64,000 nucleotides of DNA from Acidobacteriota bacterium (GTDB lineage: Bacteria > Acidobacteriota > Thermoanaerobaculia > Multivoradales > JBCCEF01). Under the pieces are notes generated by a model. It made no database searches, was not told the DNA's origin, and saw only the letters and a list, made by a program, of their open reading frames with translations. How positions within the stretch are numbered: position 1 is the stretch's first letter; each line of letters opens with the position of its first letter. Positions 28,498 through 38,687 of this stretch are shown piece by piece. Both the position numbers and the translations under genes were made by a program. The stretch covers positions 89,385 through 153,384 of the forward strand of contig JBCCHV010000004.1 in the NCBI GenBank assembly GCA_039028635.1, in the 5' to 3' direction.

Positions 28498-30579
28498 CTA
28501 GCGACCTCCTTCCATCAGCTCTTTGCCGAGGTGCTCGGCGCCGGGGTAGATCTCGAGCAAGGTCTCGAGAACGGCCGCGGCATGCACCGACACGGAGCGC
28601 CCCTGCTCGTCGTTGTAGACGAAGCGGTTGGGGAGCGCGAAGAGATTGCCGTCGAAGATGATGCCGACGAACTCGCCGGCGCGGTTGATCACCGGGCTGC
28701 CGGAGTTGCCGCCGATGATGTCGTGGGTCGAGACGAAGTTGTAGGGCGTCTCGGGGTCGATTCGGTCGCGCGCGGCGGCCAACGTCGGCGGGATGTCGAA
28801 GGGCGCCTCGCCGCCGAACTTCTCGGAGCGCTCGAAGAGACCGCCGAGCTGAGTCACCCAAGGGATGTCCTGCTCCCCTTCGCGATAACCGAGGGCCTGG
28901 CCGTAGGACAGCCGCAGGGTGAAGGTGGCGTCCGGGTAGGTGTCCGTGCCGTGGACTTCGAAGAAGGTGTCGGCGATCTTCTCGTTGGCTGCTCGGCGGA
29001 CGGCGCTGACCTCGTCGTCGTTGCGACGGCGCAGCTCACGGCCGGTTTCGTCGATGGTCCGCATCAGGCGAATCAGCGGGTCGTCCGAGGCCTTCACGGC
29101 CGCGACGCCGCCGTCCACGAGGCTCTTGCGCACCTCGACGTCGGCCAGCTTGGTGCCTGAGATCAGCTCCGCGGCGAGCTTTTCCGCGGTCTTGCCCTGG
29201 AAGACCTCCAGCACCAGCGGGTTGGTGAGGCCGAACTGAGCCCGGAACTGGCGCAGCGCCATTTCCATCCGGAACTGCTCGTACTCGGGATAGATCGGAG
29301 CTTTCGAGTAGAGGCGCTGGAGCACCGAGGGCATGGCGGTTTCGCGGAACTCCCGCAGGCGCTCGGCGTTCGGCCTTTCGACCTCGGCGGTCAGCCGCAC
29401 GAGGCGCCGGGCGATGCCCGACAGCTTGGTGCCGCTGAGGCCGGCGAGGGCCTCCGAACGGCGCGCGAAGGTGCGTCCGATGGTAATCGACCGTTCGAGG
29501 TCCGCCCAGGGGTCGCCGATGCGTGCCGCCAGCTCGGGATCGCTCGCCACCTTCTCCCGCAGCAGCTCCTCGTCCGCCGTCTTGCGCGCCATCAGCTGGT
29601 CGTCCACCAATCCCGACATGTAGCCGGAGATCGCCTTGATGCCGTTCTCGACACCCAGCAGATCGTCCTCGACGATGCGCTCCTGCTCTTCGCCACGGGC
29701 GGCGAAGCTGCGCAGGGCGTCGCGCAGGTAGGAAAGGCGCAGCAGGGTATGGGGGTAGGCCTCGTCGCGCAGGTACTCGAGCTGGGCGACGGCGTTGAGG
29801 CGGCCGGTCGAGCCCGGGTTGCCGGAAACGAAGATCACCTCGCCCTCCTGCGGACCGGCGGGATTGAACTCGAGGAAGTTCTCGGTGCGCGCCGGCTCGT
29901 CGCCGTCCCATACCCGGAAGAGAGCGAAGTCCATGCAGTAGCGCGGATAGTTGAAATTGTCCGGGTCGCCGCCGAAGAATCCGAACTGGGCCTCCGGTGC
30001 GAACGCCAGGCGCACGTCCGTGTAGCGGCGATAGCGGTAGAGGTCGTACTCCCCACCGCGGTAGAGGGTGATGACGTCGCAGCGCAGGCCGGTTTCGTCC
30101 TGGCACTCTTTCTCGATGCGCGACAGCTCGCCGCGCCGGGCCTCGCCGGCGGCCGCCGCGTCCTTGGTGTCGCCGACGGCGGCACGCACGCGATCGGTGA
30201 CCCGCTCGATGCTGTCGAGGACGTTGAGCTCGAGGTCCGGGCAGACCTCTTCATCGGCCAAGCGGCGGGCGACGAAGCCCTCTCCGACAAAGTCGTTCTC
30301 GGCCGATGACAGTTTCTGGATGCAGTCCAGGCCGACGTGGTGATTGGTGATCACCAGGCCGTCGGCGGACACGAAGGAGGCGGAGCCGCCCGAGTTGAAT
30401 CGCACCGACGACAGGCGCACGTGGTCGAGCCACTCCTGGCTCGGGGCGAATCCGTATTCGGCTTCGAACTTGGCCGAGGGGAAGCCGTTGAAGGTCCACA
30501 TGCCCTCGTCGGCGGCGGCGCTACCGACGACCAGGCCGGCAAGCGCCAAGGCGAGGGTCCAGCGATGGATCTGTTGCAT
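28498..30579 (-). CDS. S46 family serine peptidase (dipeptidyl-peptidase 7/11-like), secreted
   Basis: Signal peptide, then the DEGMW N-terminal motif of S46. About 690 aa with chymotrypsin-fold His/Asp/Ser regions (ITNHHVG, GNSGSPV). The start (30579 vs 30588) is uncertain. Confidence 0.7.
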   Translation of the reverse strand: MQQIHRWTLALALAGLVVGSAAADEGMWTFNGFPSAKFEAEYGFAPSQEWLDHVRLSSVRFNSGGSASFVSADGLVITNHHVGLDCIQKLSSAENDFVGEGFVARRLADEEVCPDLELNVLDSIERVTDRVRAAVGDTKDAAAAGEARRGELSRIEKECQDETGLRCDVITLYRGGEYDLYRYRRYTDVRLAFAPEAQFGFFGGDPDNFNYPRYCMDFALFRVWDGDEPARTENFLEFNPAGPQEGEVIFVSGNPGSTGRLNAVAQLEYLRDEAYPHTLLRLSYLRDALRSFAARGEEQERIVEDDLLGVENGIKAISGYMSGLVDDQLMARKTADEELLREKVASDPELAARIGDPWADLERSITIGRTFARRSEALAGLSGTKLSGIARRLVRLTAEVERPNAERLREFRETAMPSVLQRLYSKAPIYPEYEQFRMEMALRQFRAQFGLTNPLVLEVFQGKTAEKLAAELISGTKLADVEVRKSLVDGGVAAVKASDDPLIRLMRTIDETGRELRRRNDDEVSAVRRAANEKIADTFFEVHGTDTYPDATFTLRLSYGQALGYREGEQDIPWVTQLGGLFERSEKFGGEAPFDIPPTLAAARDRIDPETPYNFVSTHDIIGGNSGSPVINRAGEFVGIIFDGNLFALPNRFVYNDEQGRSVSVHAAAVLETLLEIYPGAEHLGKELMEGGR

Positions 30580-30831
30580 TCCTTCCATCTCCTTCGAGAT
30601 TGAGCGGGGTTTGATTTGGTGAATTCTATCGATACGGAGAGCGTGCTCTCCTGCTGGTTGGGTTGCCGACAGCGCTTTCTGGCGCGCCGGCCCCTGGTGG
30701 CCCGGGTGTCGGGCTCTCACCGTTCCGGTGGCGTTTCTGTTTTTACGAATGGCGTGAAGGTGAGGTTTCCAGCGATCTCGGCGGCGGCGAGGCGAGCAGG
30801 CCCGCTGCGATCGGACCTTGGCGTCGGGGGT

Positions 30832-32064
30832 TCAGGCGGGGGCGACGGGGTCCGGGGCCGGCGCCGCTTCCGGAGCTGCGGCCTCGGCGCTGATCGGTTT
30901 GATCACACCCCAGGCGATGGTTCCCGCGACCGCCACCAGCGCCGAGGCGACCCAGAACGGCGTGGCGATGCCGGCATGCTGGAACAGCAGGCCGGCCCAG
31001 GAGGGGCCGAGCCAGCGGGCGACGCCGCCGAAGGTCTGCTGCACGCCGAGGGTCTGGCCGACCTGGCGTTTGCTCGCCCGCTCTGAGACCAGAGCGGTGG
31101 TGGCGGGGAACAGGAAAGCGGTGCCGACGGGTACGAAGAGCACCGCCACCGCCAGGGTGAAGATCGAGCGTGGCAGTGGCAGGATGGCGAGGCCGAAGGC
31201 GAGGGCGATCCAGCCGAGGCGCAGGGTGCGCAGCTCGCCGAGGCGGTCGATCACCGGGCCGAGAACGAATGCTCGCATCACCAGCGACAGGCCGCCGACG
31301 TAGACGAAGAACCAACCGATGTTGGCCTCGGTGACGCCGAAAACGCGCTCGAGGTAGAGGGCGAGAACACCGTTCAGGGCCATGAAGGCCATCATGCTGA
31401 CGGCGTAGAGCCAGATCAGCGCCGACACCGAGCCGGTGGGGCGTCGCAGCACTTCGGCCATGGTGCGCCAGATCGCCGTCGGCGGTGAGGCATCGCCGGT
31501 CTCGGCGCCCTTGGGCTCGCTCAGCCAGCGCCAGGCGAAGGCGAAATTGAGCAGGCAGAGGATGGCGGCGACGAAGCCCGGTGCGCTTTCCCCGAACTGC
31601 ACCGCGAAGGACGCCACCGCCGGACCGAGCATGACGCCGGCGCTGGTGGCGGCGGTCACCCAGCCGAGGGCCTTGGCGCGCTGGCCGGGGCCGGCGGCGT
31701 CGGAGACGTAAGCCTGGATCACGCCGACGGTGCCGCCGGCGGCACCCTGGATGAGGCGCGACAGGAAGAGCATCCAGAGGGACTGGGCGAGGGCGAAGAA
31801 CACGAAGGCGACGGCCGACGTCACCAGGCTGGTGAGGATGATCGGGCGGCGCCCCCAGCGATCCGACAGGCGACCCCAGAAGGGAGCGCTGACCAGCTGC
31901 ATGAAGGAGAAGGCTCCAACCAGGTAGCCGACATCCGCAGGGGTTGCCCCGAAGCGCTGGGCGTAGAAGGGCAGCAGCGGCAGCACGATGAGGAAACCCA
32001 TCATGTCGACGAAGCCGGTGACCATGATCACCCACAGGCGCTTGAGCATCGGAGGCTGGGTCAT
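30832..32064 (-). CDS. MFS transporter
   Basis: 12-TM profile with MFS motif A-like loops (GRLSDRWGRRP). Confidence 0.7.
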   Translation of the reverse strand: MTQPPMLKRLWVIMVTGFVDMMGFLIVLPLLPFYAQRFGATPADVGYLVGAFSFMQLVSAPFWGRLSDRWGRRPIILTSLVTSAVAFVFFALAQSLWMLFLSRLIQGAAGGTVGVIQAYVSDAAGPGQRAKALGWVTAATSAGVMLGPAVASFAVQFGESAPGFVAAILCLLNFAFAWRWLSEPKGAETGDASPPTAIWRTMAEVLRRPTGSVSALIWLYAVSMMAFMALNGVLALYLERVFGVTEANIGWFFVYVGGLSLVMRAFVLGPVIDRLGELRTLRLGWIALAFGLAILPLPRSIFTLAVAVLFVPVGTAFLFPATTALVSERASKRQVGQTLGVQQTFGGVARWLGPSWAGLLFQHAGIATPFWVASALVAVAGTIAWGVIKPISAEAAAPEAAPAPDPVAPA

Positions 32065-33740
32065 CAGGCGGCTTCCTTGCGGCCCCACAGCACGAAGGCG
32101 GTGGTGCCGGCGATCATCAACAAGACGCCGTAAACGCCGGCGACGCCGAGCTCTTGCAGCCGGAGGTTCGACAAGATCTCGATCGAGATCGGTCGCGTGC
32201 TGTAGGTGTAGAGCACGATCGAGGTCACGAAGTCACCGAGGCCGGTGATGAAGGCCAGGCTGGCGCCGGCGGCCAGCGCCGGCCGCACCAGCGGCAGCAC
32301 GATCCGGCGGGCGGTGCGCCAGGGGCTGGCGCCGAGGGAGGCGGCGGCCTCCTCGAGGGCGCCGTCGAGCTGACCGAGGCCGGCGAGGGCGGCGCGGCCG
32401 GTCATCGGCAGATTGCGCACCAGGTAGGCCAACGGCAGGATCCAGGGGGTGCCGATCAGGACGAAGCGGCCGAACCAGGGTTGCTGAACGCTGAAGGTGG
32501 TCGCCAGGGCGACGGCGAAGACGGTGCCCGGAATCGCCCAGGGCAGCGACAGAAGTCCTTCGAGAAGGCGGCCGAGCCGGCCTTTGTGGCGCAGCGACGA
32601 GCGCGCTGCCAGGAAGCCCAAGAGGACCGCCGCCAGCGCCGCCACGGTGGCCATCCACAGCGAGTTCCAGACCGGCGTCAGTCGTCCCGGCTCGGCGGCC
32701 AGCAGGCGGTAGTTGTCGAAGTTGAGGACCGGCGGCCAGGCCTCCGTCGTCCAGGTACCCGGGGGCACCAGGGAGATCAGTACGAGGGTGGCGTGGGGCA
32801 GCAGCATGAGGGCGGCGAGGGCGTAGCCGGCGCCGCCGGCGAGGGCGCGGCTCCAGCGGCTGCGTAGCTGCCGCCGTGACGGCGCGATGCCGCGTACCGC
32901 GCCTTCCACCGCCGCCGGCGGGCTGAGGCGCTGCATCGCCCAGAGGGCGACGAGGGCCATCGCCGCCAAGGTCACCGTCTCGACGTAGGCCATGGTGGTC
33001 TCGCCGTTGAGCTTCGAGAACACGATCTGGGTGGTCATCACCCGAAAGCCGCCGCCGAAGATGTAGGGCGCCGAGAAGGACGCCAGAGAGGTCATGAAGG
33101 TGAGCAGGGCGGCACCGGCGAGGGACGGTCCGAGCAGCGGCAGGGTGACCTTTCGCAGGGTGCGTCCGGGGCCGGCGCCGAGGGAAGCGGCGGCTTCGAG
33201 CAGGGCGTTGTCGAGGCGGGCGAGGCCGGCGCGAGTGAACAGGTAGAAGTACACGTACATCGAGTACGCATGAACCAGGAGAATGGCCCCGGGACCGTTG
33301 AGCCGCCAGGGCGGTCCGTCGAGGGAAAACAGCATCCGAATGCCGCGCGAGATAAAGCCGCTCTCGCCGTAGAGGAAGAGAAAAGCGATCACTCCGACCA
33401 ATGGCGGCAGGGCCACCGGCAGGGCGATCAAGGCGCCGAGGAACTGGCGTCCCGGAAACTCGGTGCGCTCGAAGATGAAGCCCAGGGGAATGCCGATGGC
33501 GGCCGCCAGAGCCACCGAGGCGAGGGAGATCCACAGACTGCGCCACAGTGCCAGCCACTCGTCGGGACGGCTGACGAATTCCTGGAACGGAGCCAGGCTC
33601 CAGCCATCGCCGCCGGCGAGCCCGAGGGCCTGCAGCAGGGTCATCAGCAGCGGGTAGCCGACCAGCCAGCCGAGGAAGGCGGCGAGCGCGAAGGCCGCCG
33701 AGCGGGAGGCGCGGCGGCTGGGCGGTCGGCGTTCCCTCAC
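32064..33740 (-). CDS. ABC transporter permease, two-domain Fe(III)/thiamine-type (FbpB/ThiP-like)
   Basis: 558 aa with duplicated BPD-transport permease domains, each carrying an EAA-like loop (EAAASLGAGPGRTL and EEAAASLGASPWRT). Confidence 0.75.
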   Translation of the reverse strand: MRERRPPSRRASRSAAFALAAFLGWLVGYPLLMTLLQALGLAGGDGWSLAPFQEFVSRPDEWLALWRSLWISLASVALAAAIGIPLGFIFERTEFPGRQFLGALIALPVALPPLVGVIAFLFLYGESGFISRGIRMLFSLDGPPWRLNGPGAILLVHAYSMYVYFYLFTRAGLARLDNALLEAAASLGAGPGRTLRKVTLPLLGPSLAGAALLTFMTSLASFSAPYIFGGGFRVMTTQIVFSKLNGETTMAYVETVTLAAMALVALWAMQRLSPPAAVEGAVRGIAPSRRQLRSRWSRALAGGAGYALAALMLLPHATLVLISLVPPGTWTTEAWPPVLNFDNYRLLAAEPGRLTPVWNSLWMATVAALAAVLLGFLAARSSLRHKGRLGRLLEGLLSLPWAIPGTVFAVALATTFSVQQPWFGRFVLIGTPWILPLAYLVRNLPMTGRAALAGLGQLDGALEEAAASLGASPWRTARRIVLPLVRPALAAGASLAFITGLGDFVTSIVLYTYSTRPISIEILSNLRLQELGVAGVYGVLLMIAGTTAFVLWGRKEAA

Positions 33741-34828
33741 GGGAGCTTTCCGGGGGCAAAGAGGCGCGGTCGCGGACCGTTGCCGGCAGCGCTGACGATC
33801 ACTGCCTCGTCGAGCCGGGCGGCGTCCGAGGGGGCCAGAACCTCGATCTCGGTGCCCGTGGCCAGAACGACCTGGAAGTAGGTCAGTGGACCGGTGAAGC
33901 GACGGCCGACGACGGTACCGGTCAGTCCCTCGCCTCGAACCGCGGGCGATCCTTCAGCGGTGGCGAGGCTCAGGGCGAGGCTCTCGGGCCGCACCACGAG
34001 CTCGGCCGCGGCGCCATCGGCGAGGTCGTCGGCATTGACCGCGGGCCAGGTGACGCCGGCCTCGAGCTCGATGCCCTGGCCGCCCGCAGTGACGCGACCG
34101 GAAAGGCGGCTGGCGCGGCCCACGAAGCCGGCGACGAAGGGCGTCGCCGGCTCACCGTAGAGCTCCTCGGGGCGTCCCACCTGAGCCAGCCGGCCGGCGT
34201 GGAGCACCGCCACCCGGTCGCCGAGGTCGAAGGCTTCCTCCTGCTCATGGGTGACCAACACGGTGGTGATGCCGACCCGCCGGAAGGCCGCCGCCAGCTC
34301 GCGCCGGGTGCGCTCGCGCAGGGCAGGATCGAGGTTCGAAAGGGGCTCGTCGAGGAGCAGCAGCTTGGGTTGCGGTGCCAGGGCTCGGGCCAAGGCGACA
34401 CGCTGCTGCTGGCCGCCGGAGATCTCGCCGACGCGGCGTTGCTCGAAGCCGGCGAGGTCGACCAGCTCGAGCATCTCGGCGATGCGCCTGGCGCGCTCCG
34501 CCACCGGCAAGGCGACCGATTCGAGGCCGAAGGCGACGTTCTCGCCGACGGTGAGGTGGGGGAACAGGGCGTAGTGCTGGAACACCATGCCGAAGCGGCG
34601 TTTGGCCGGCGGCAGGGGAGCGACATCGAGGCCATCGACCCGGATGCTGCCGCGGTTGGGGTGCTCGAAGCCGGCGAGCAGGCGCAACAGGGTGGTCTTG
34701 CCGCTGCCGCTCGGTCCGAGGAGGGCGAGGATCTCGCCTTCCGCGACCTCGAGCGAGATGTCGTCGAGGACGCGCTGGTCACCGAAGCGCTTTTCGATGC
34801 CCTGGAGGGCGAGAAAGGGTCGATCCAT
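33737..34828 (-). CDS. ABC transporter ATP-binding protein (FbpC/PotA-like)
   Basis: Walker A GPSGSGKTT, signature LSGGQQQRVALARAL, Walker B LLLLDEP, and a C-terminal TOBE-like domain. Start at MDRPFLALQG. Confidence 0.85.
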   Translation of the reverse strand: MDRPFLALQGIEKRFGDQRVLDDISLEVAEGEILALLGPSGSGKTTLLRLLAGFEHPNRGSIRVDGLDVAPLPPAKRRFGMVFQHYALFPHLTVGENVAFGLESVALPVAERARRIAEMLELVDLAGFEQRRVGEISGGQQQRVALARALAPQPKLLLLDEPLSNLDPALRERTRRELAAAFRRVGITTVLVTHEQEEAFDLGDRVAVLHAGRLAQVGRPEELYGEPATPFVAGFVGRASRLSGRVTAGGQGIELEAGVTWPAVNADDLADGAAAELVVRPESLALSLATAEGSPAVRGEGLTGTVVGRRFTGPLTYFQVVLATGTEIEVLAPSDAARLDEAVIVSAAGNGPRPRLFAPGKLP

Positions 34829-34847
34829 GGAGCTGCCGGGTGCCTCC

Positions 34848-35876
34848 TCAGGCGGCGCCCTTACCGCGCACGCTGCGATCCCAGGTCGACATCCAGTCGG
34901 GGCCATGACGTTCGATGACGTCGCGGTCGACCTCGGCGGGCACGATGTTTTCGAGCACTTCGCGGGCCCAGGCCGGGAGATCCTCCGTCGGCAGGTCGTT
35001 GCGCGCCGGCAGCCGGAAGGCCTCGCGGGCGGCGAGCTCCTGCGCCTCCGGGCTGCCCACCCATTCGATGAAGCGTTTGCCGAGCTCGCCGTTGGGAGCT
35101 CCCGCGACCAAACCGATCGAGTCGACGATGATCGGTGTTCCGCTCGATGGGAAGCGATAGTCGAGGGGCATCCGGCGCTCGAGCTGCCAGAGGGCGTCGG
35201 TGAGCTCCCACACCGTCAGCAGACCCTCCTGGCGAACCATCTTTTCGACCATCAGCACCGGATTGAGGACGTACTCCTTGGTCTGCCCATCGAGGCGCCC
35301 GAGCCACTCGAAACCGGAGCGCGGATCGCCGGTGGTGCGCAGGGAGCGCTCCAGGATCATGCCGAAGAAGATCCGCATGGTGCCGCTGGCGAGGGGATCG
35401 CGAATCAGGATCTGGTCGTGCCAGCGCTCGTCGAGGAGGTCTTCCCAGTCCGCGGGCGCGTCCTCGGGGGCGATCGCCGCCGAGTTGAAGAGCAGCACCG
35501 GGGCGGTGCGGTAGGCGGCGAAGAATCGGTCCGCGGGATCGTTGTAGCCGGCCGGAATCGCCCCCGCCCAGCTCGGCCGGAAGGGCTCCAAGAGATTTTC
35601 CTCGGCTCCGCGGGCGAAGATAGTCGATGGGCCCCCGAACCAGACATCGGCTTGGGGGTTGGCCTTCTCCGAGCGCACCCGGTCGTAGATCTCCTGCGAG
35701 CCCATATCGAGCCAGCGCACGTCGACGCCGGGATTCTCGGCTTCGAAGGTGGTCTCGAAGAGGGACAGCAGGTCGCGGCCGTGGGGCGAGTAGACCAACA
35801 GCTTTTGGTCGCCTCCACCGCTACAGGCGGCGGCGAGGGGCAGCGCAATCAACAACCAGCGTAGGTGACGGCTCAC
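34848..35876 (-). CDS. ABC transporter periplasmic substrate-binding lipoprotein (Fe(III)/thiamine family)
   Basis: Lipobox LAAAC. SBP_bac_1/FbpA-like pattern (KLLVYSPHG ... VWFGGPS). Confidence 0.7.
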   Translation of the reverse strand: MSRHLRWLLIALPLAAACSGGGDQKLLVYSPHGRDLLSLFETTFEAENPGVDVRWLDMGSQEIYDRVRSEKANPQADVWFGGPSTIFARGAEENLLEPFRPSWAGAIPAGYNDPADRFFAAYRTAPVLLFNSAAIAPEDAPADWEDLLDERWHDQILIRDPLASGTMRIFFGMILERSLRTTGDPRSGFEWLGRLDGQTKEYVLNPVLMVEKMVRQEGLLTVWELTDALWQLERRMPLDYRFPSSGTPIIVDSIGLVAGAPNGELGKRFIEWVGSPEAQELAAREAFRLPARNDLPTEDLPAWAREVLENIVPAEVDRDVIERHGPDWMSTWDRSVRGKGAA

Positions 35877-35878
35877 GA

Positions 35879-38548
35879 TCAGCTCCCGGAAAGTGCGAGG
35901 AGATTGGCGAACAGGCGATAAGCGCCGGGCACGCCGGCGGGTAGCTGCCGGAAGAAGGCCAGCCCCGTATAGATGTAGGTTCCCTCACCGTAGTCGGCCA
36001 CCAGCAGGGCGCCCTCCTGGCGCTCGCCCCCGGGATCGGCCATCGCCAGCAGCGGCACGAAGGCTTCGTCCCAGGTGTCCGCCATGTAGAGGCCGCGCTC
36101 CTGCACCCAGTCGGACCAATCGGACTCGGCGATGCGATTCGGCGTGGTCCACACCGGGTGCTGCGGCAGCAGCGGCGTGACCGCGGCGGTCTCGTCCGTG
36201 ACCCGGTCGTGGGGCCGGTCGATGGTCAAGGCGTAAGGGGCGAAGGCGCCACCGGCGAAGGCGTACTGCTGGTACTGGACGAGCAGCAGGCCACCGGCCT
36301 CGACGTACTCCAGCAGACGCGGATTGACCGCCGCCAGGCCGGCGGTGGCCTCGTAGGCGCGGCTGCCGATGACGATGGCGTCGTAGACCGACAGATCCTG
36401 GCTGGCGAGGGTCTCGGGGGTGAGCATCTCGATCGGCAGGGCGACCTCGCGCAATGCCTCCGGCACGCGGTCCGAGGCACCGCGGACGTAGCCGATGCGG
36501 TCGAGGCCGGGCACCGCCAGAGAGGTGGCGCTGATGCGGACCTCGGCGCGGCGCGGCTGCAGCGTCGGCACAACGTGGAAGTAGTCGATCTTGGGCAGCC
36601 CGAGGTCGAGGCGTAGCTGGCCCTGCGTCGTCTCGACCACCGCCTCGAGGCCGAGGCGGTAGTTGCCCGGCGGGAAGGGATTGGGTGGGCTGACCTGCAG
36701 GCGGACACTGTCCCGGGAGCCGCTCTTCTCCAGCCGGAAGGAGGCCGGGGCGACGGTCGGCCAGCCCGCCGGCACGGTGACCTCGACGCGGCCGCTCACC
36801 GGTGCGCCGGAGCGCGAGGTCAGCAGCACTTCGAGGTCCCTGGGTGCCCCGTCGCCGGTTGGCCACACCCACAGGTCGCGCCCGAGGTCGATCTCGAGGG
36901 GTGGCATCACCCGCAAGGGGTAGCGGATTTCGCCCTCGGCCTGATCGCGGTGGCGGTGTACGACCTCCCGCACGAGGGTCAGACGCTGGTCTCCCAGCGC
37001 GATGCGGAAGCGCGCCAAGAGCACTGGCGGACCGAAGGGCTCGCCGCGCACCGTCGCCGGGGCATTGCTCCAGTCGTAGAGGTCGCCGCGGCGGGGTCGC
37101 TCCAGAAAGTAGGGCACCGACGGGGCGCTGCCGGCCGGCACCGTCACCTCGAAGGCGCGCAGGTAGAAGCCCTTCTCGGGCTGATCCTGACCGAAGAAGC
37201 GAGCGATCCAGCCGCTGCGCTCGGGAAGCTCCGTCGGCGTCACGTCGAGGTCCAGGCCGCGCGGGCTGATCACCTCGAGGCCGAGGAGCTCGGCGCCGCT
37301 GGCGCCGGCATCCCAGAGCGCCGCTTCGAGGGTGATGGCCTCTCCCGGGATCAGGCCTTCGGCGGTGCTGTGGGCGTCGACGGCGAGGCCGGCCACGCTC
37401 ACCACCAACTCTTCGGCGACGGCGATCTTCTCGTCCAACAGGTCCGCCGCCGGTTCCGCGATGTCGATCCACTGGCGGCCCTGGCGCAGGGTGTCGAGGA
37501 TCTCCAGGGCGGTCGGCAGGATGGCCTGGGGATCGGCCGCGGTCACCCGGCCGTGGGCTTCTTCGGCGAGGCCCTGGGCGCGGCGCAGGAGCGCCTCGAG
37601 GCGCTCGCGGGAGTCCCCCGGGGGGAGCGTCGACGCGAGGCCGGCGAGGTCCGTATCGAGGCCGGCAAAAGGCTGGTCGCCGCCGTTGCCGGCGCCGCCT
37701 TCGACCCAGGAGAGTCGACCTTCCTGGGGACCGATGGGCTGCAGCATGCCCATGTCCTGGCAGCGGTGCTGGCTGCGGCTCGCCATCGCGATCTGGAAGA
37801 TCGAACGGCCGCTCACCGGCTCGAGGCGGGCCAGGTCGTAGGTCATGGAGGCGCCCTCCGGATTCCACCAGGCGGCGCGGTAGAAGGCGCTCGGCTGCCA
37901 GGGCGCCAAGCCCTCGGCGATCAGCTCCGGAAAGGCCTTGGGGTCGCCGGCGGCGCGGAAGGCCTCGCCGGTGATGACGCCGGCGGCCTGGTGCTGGCCG
38001 TGGCCGGCGCGGGCGTCCGGGGGAAACACCGACACCACCACCTGCGGCTTGAACCGTCGCATCACCCGTACCGTGTCTTCGAGGAGAATCTCCCGGGGCC
38101 AGCGCTCGAAGGTCTCGTCGAGGGAGCGCGTGTAGCCGAAGTCGAAGGCGCGGGCGAAGTACTGGCGAGCGCCGTCGATGCGCCGGGCGGCCTCGAGCTC
38201 GCGGCTGCGCAGCAACCCGAGACCGACGCCGAGCTCGGTGCCGATGAGGTTCTGGCCGCCCTCGCCGCGGCTGAGGGAAAAGTACGCCGCCTCGCCTCCG
38301 AGGCCCCGACTGACCAGTGCCAGCAGGGTGGTGTCTTCGTCGTCCGGGTGCGCCGCCACGATCATCAGGCGGCGATGCTGTTGCAGCTTGGTGAGGGCGC
38401 GCTCGATGCGCTCGAGTCCGCCCGTCGAAGCCGGAACGTAGGGGTTGTCGGGCAGGGCGTCGGCGGTTGCCGATAGGGTCGTACCGAGGGCCAGGACGCT
38501 GGCCGTCAGCGCCGCGAGCAGGCCCCTGCAGGAGATCTTCCGAGTCAT
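35879..38548 (-). CDS. secreted PIG-L/LmbE family deacetylase with large C-terminal extension
   Basis: Signal peptide. LmbE motif LMIVAAHPDDED and a zinc-ligand His region (GHGQHQA). 889 aa, so roughly 600 aa of uncharacterised C-terminal domains. Confidence 0.65.
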   Translation of the reverse strand: MTRKISCRGLLAALTASVLALGTTLSATADALPDNPYVPASTGGLERIERALTKLQQHRRLMIVAAHPDDEDTTLLALVSRGLGGEAAYFSLSRGEGGQNLIGTELGVGLGLLRSRELEAARRIDGARQYFARAFDFGYTRSLDETFERWPREILLEDTVRVMRRFKPQVVVSVFPPDARAGHGQHQAAGVITGEAFRAAGDPKAFPELIAEGLAPWQPSAFYRAAWWNPEGASMTYDLARLEPVSGRSIFQIAMASRSQHRCQDMGMLQPIGPQEGRLSWVEGGAGNGGDQPFAGLDTDLAGLASTLPPGDSRERLEALLRRAQGLAEEAHGRVTAADPQAILPTALEILDTLRQGRQWIDIAEPAADLLDEKIAVAEELVVSVAGLAVDAHSTAEGLIPGEAITLEAALWDAGASGAELLGLEVISPRGLDLDVTPTELPERSGWIARFFGQDQPEKGFYLRAFEVTVPAGSAPSVPYFLERPRRGDLYDWSNAPATVRGEPFGPPVLLARFRIALGDQRLTLVREVVHRHRDQAEGEIRYPLRVMPPLEIDLGRDLWVWPTGDGAPRDLEVLLTSRSGAPVSGRVEVTVPAGWPTVAPASFRLEKSGSRDSVRLQVSPPNPFPPGNYRLGLEAVVETTQGQLRLDLGLPKIDYFHVVPTLQPRRAEVRISATSLAVPGLDRIGYVRGASDRVPEALREVALPIEMLTPETLASQDLSVYDAIVIGSRAYEATAGLAAVNPRLLEYVEAGGLLLVQYQQYAFAGGAFAPYALTIDRPHDRVTDETAAVTPLLPQHPVWTTPNRIAESDWSDWVQERGLYMADTWDEAFVPLLAMADPGGERQEGALLVADYGEGTYIYTGLAFFRQLPAGVPGAYRLFANLLALSGS

Positions 38549-38687
38549 GTTCGAGCCTTCTCTTTACGCCGAGGGCTGAGGGATTTGAGGGCTTTTTGCG
38601 GGGCGTGAGTCTAGCATGGGCGCGACCGCCGAAGCGGCCTTCGGCGGGGGCGCCAAAAGAACCAGAAAGCGGTATCCTTCGGGGGCC

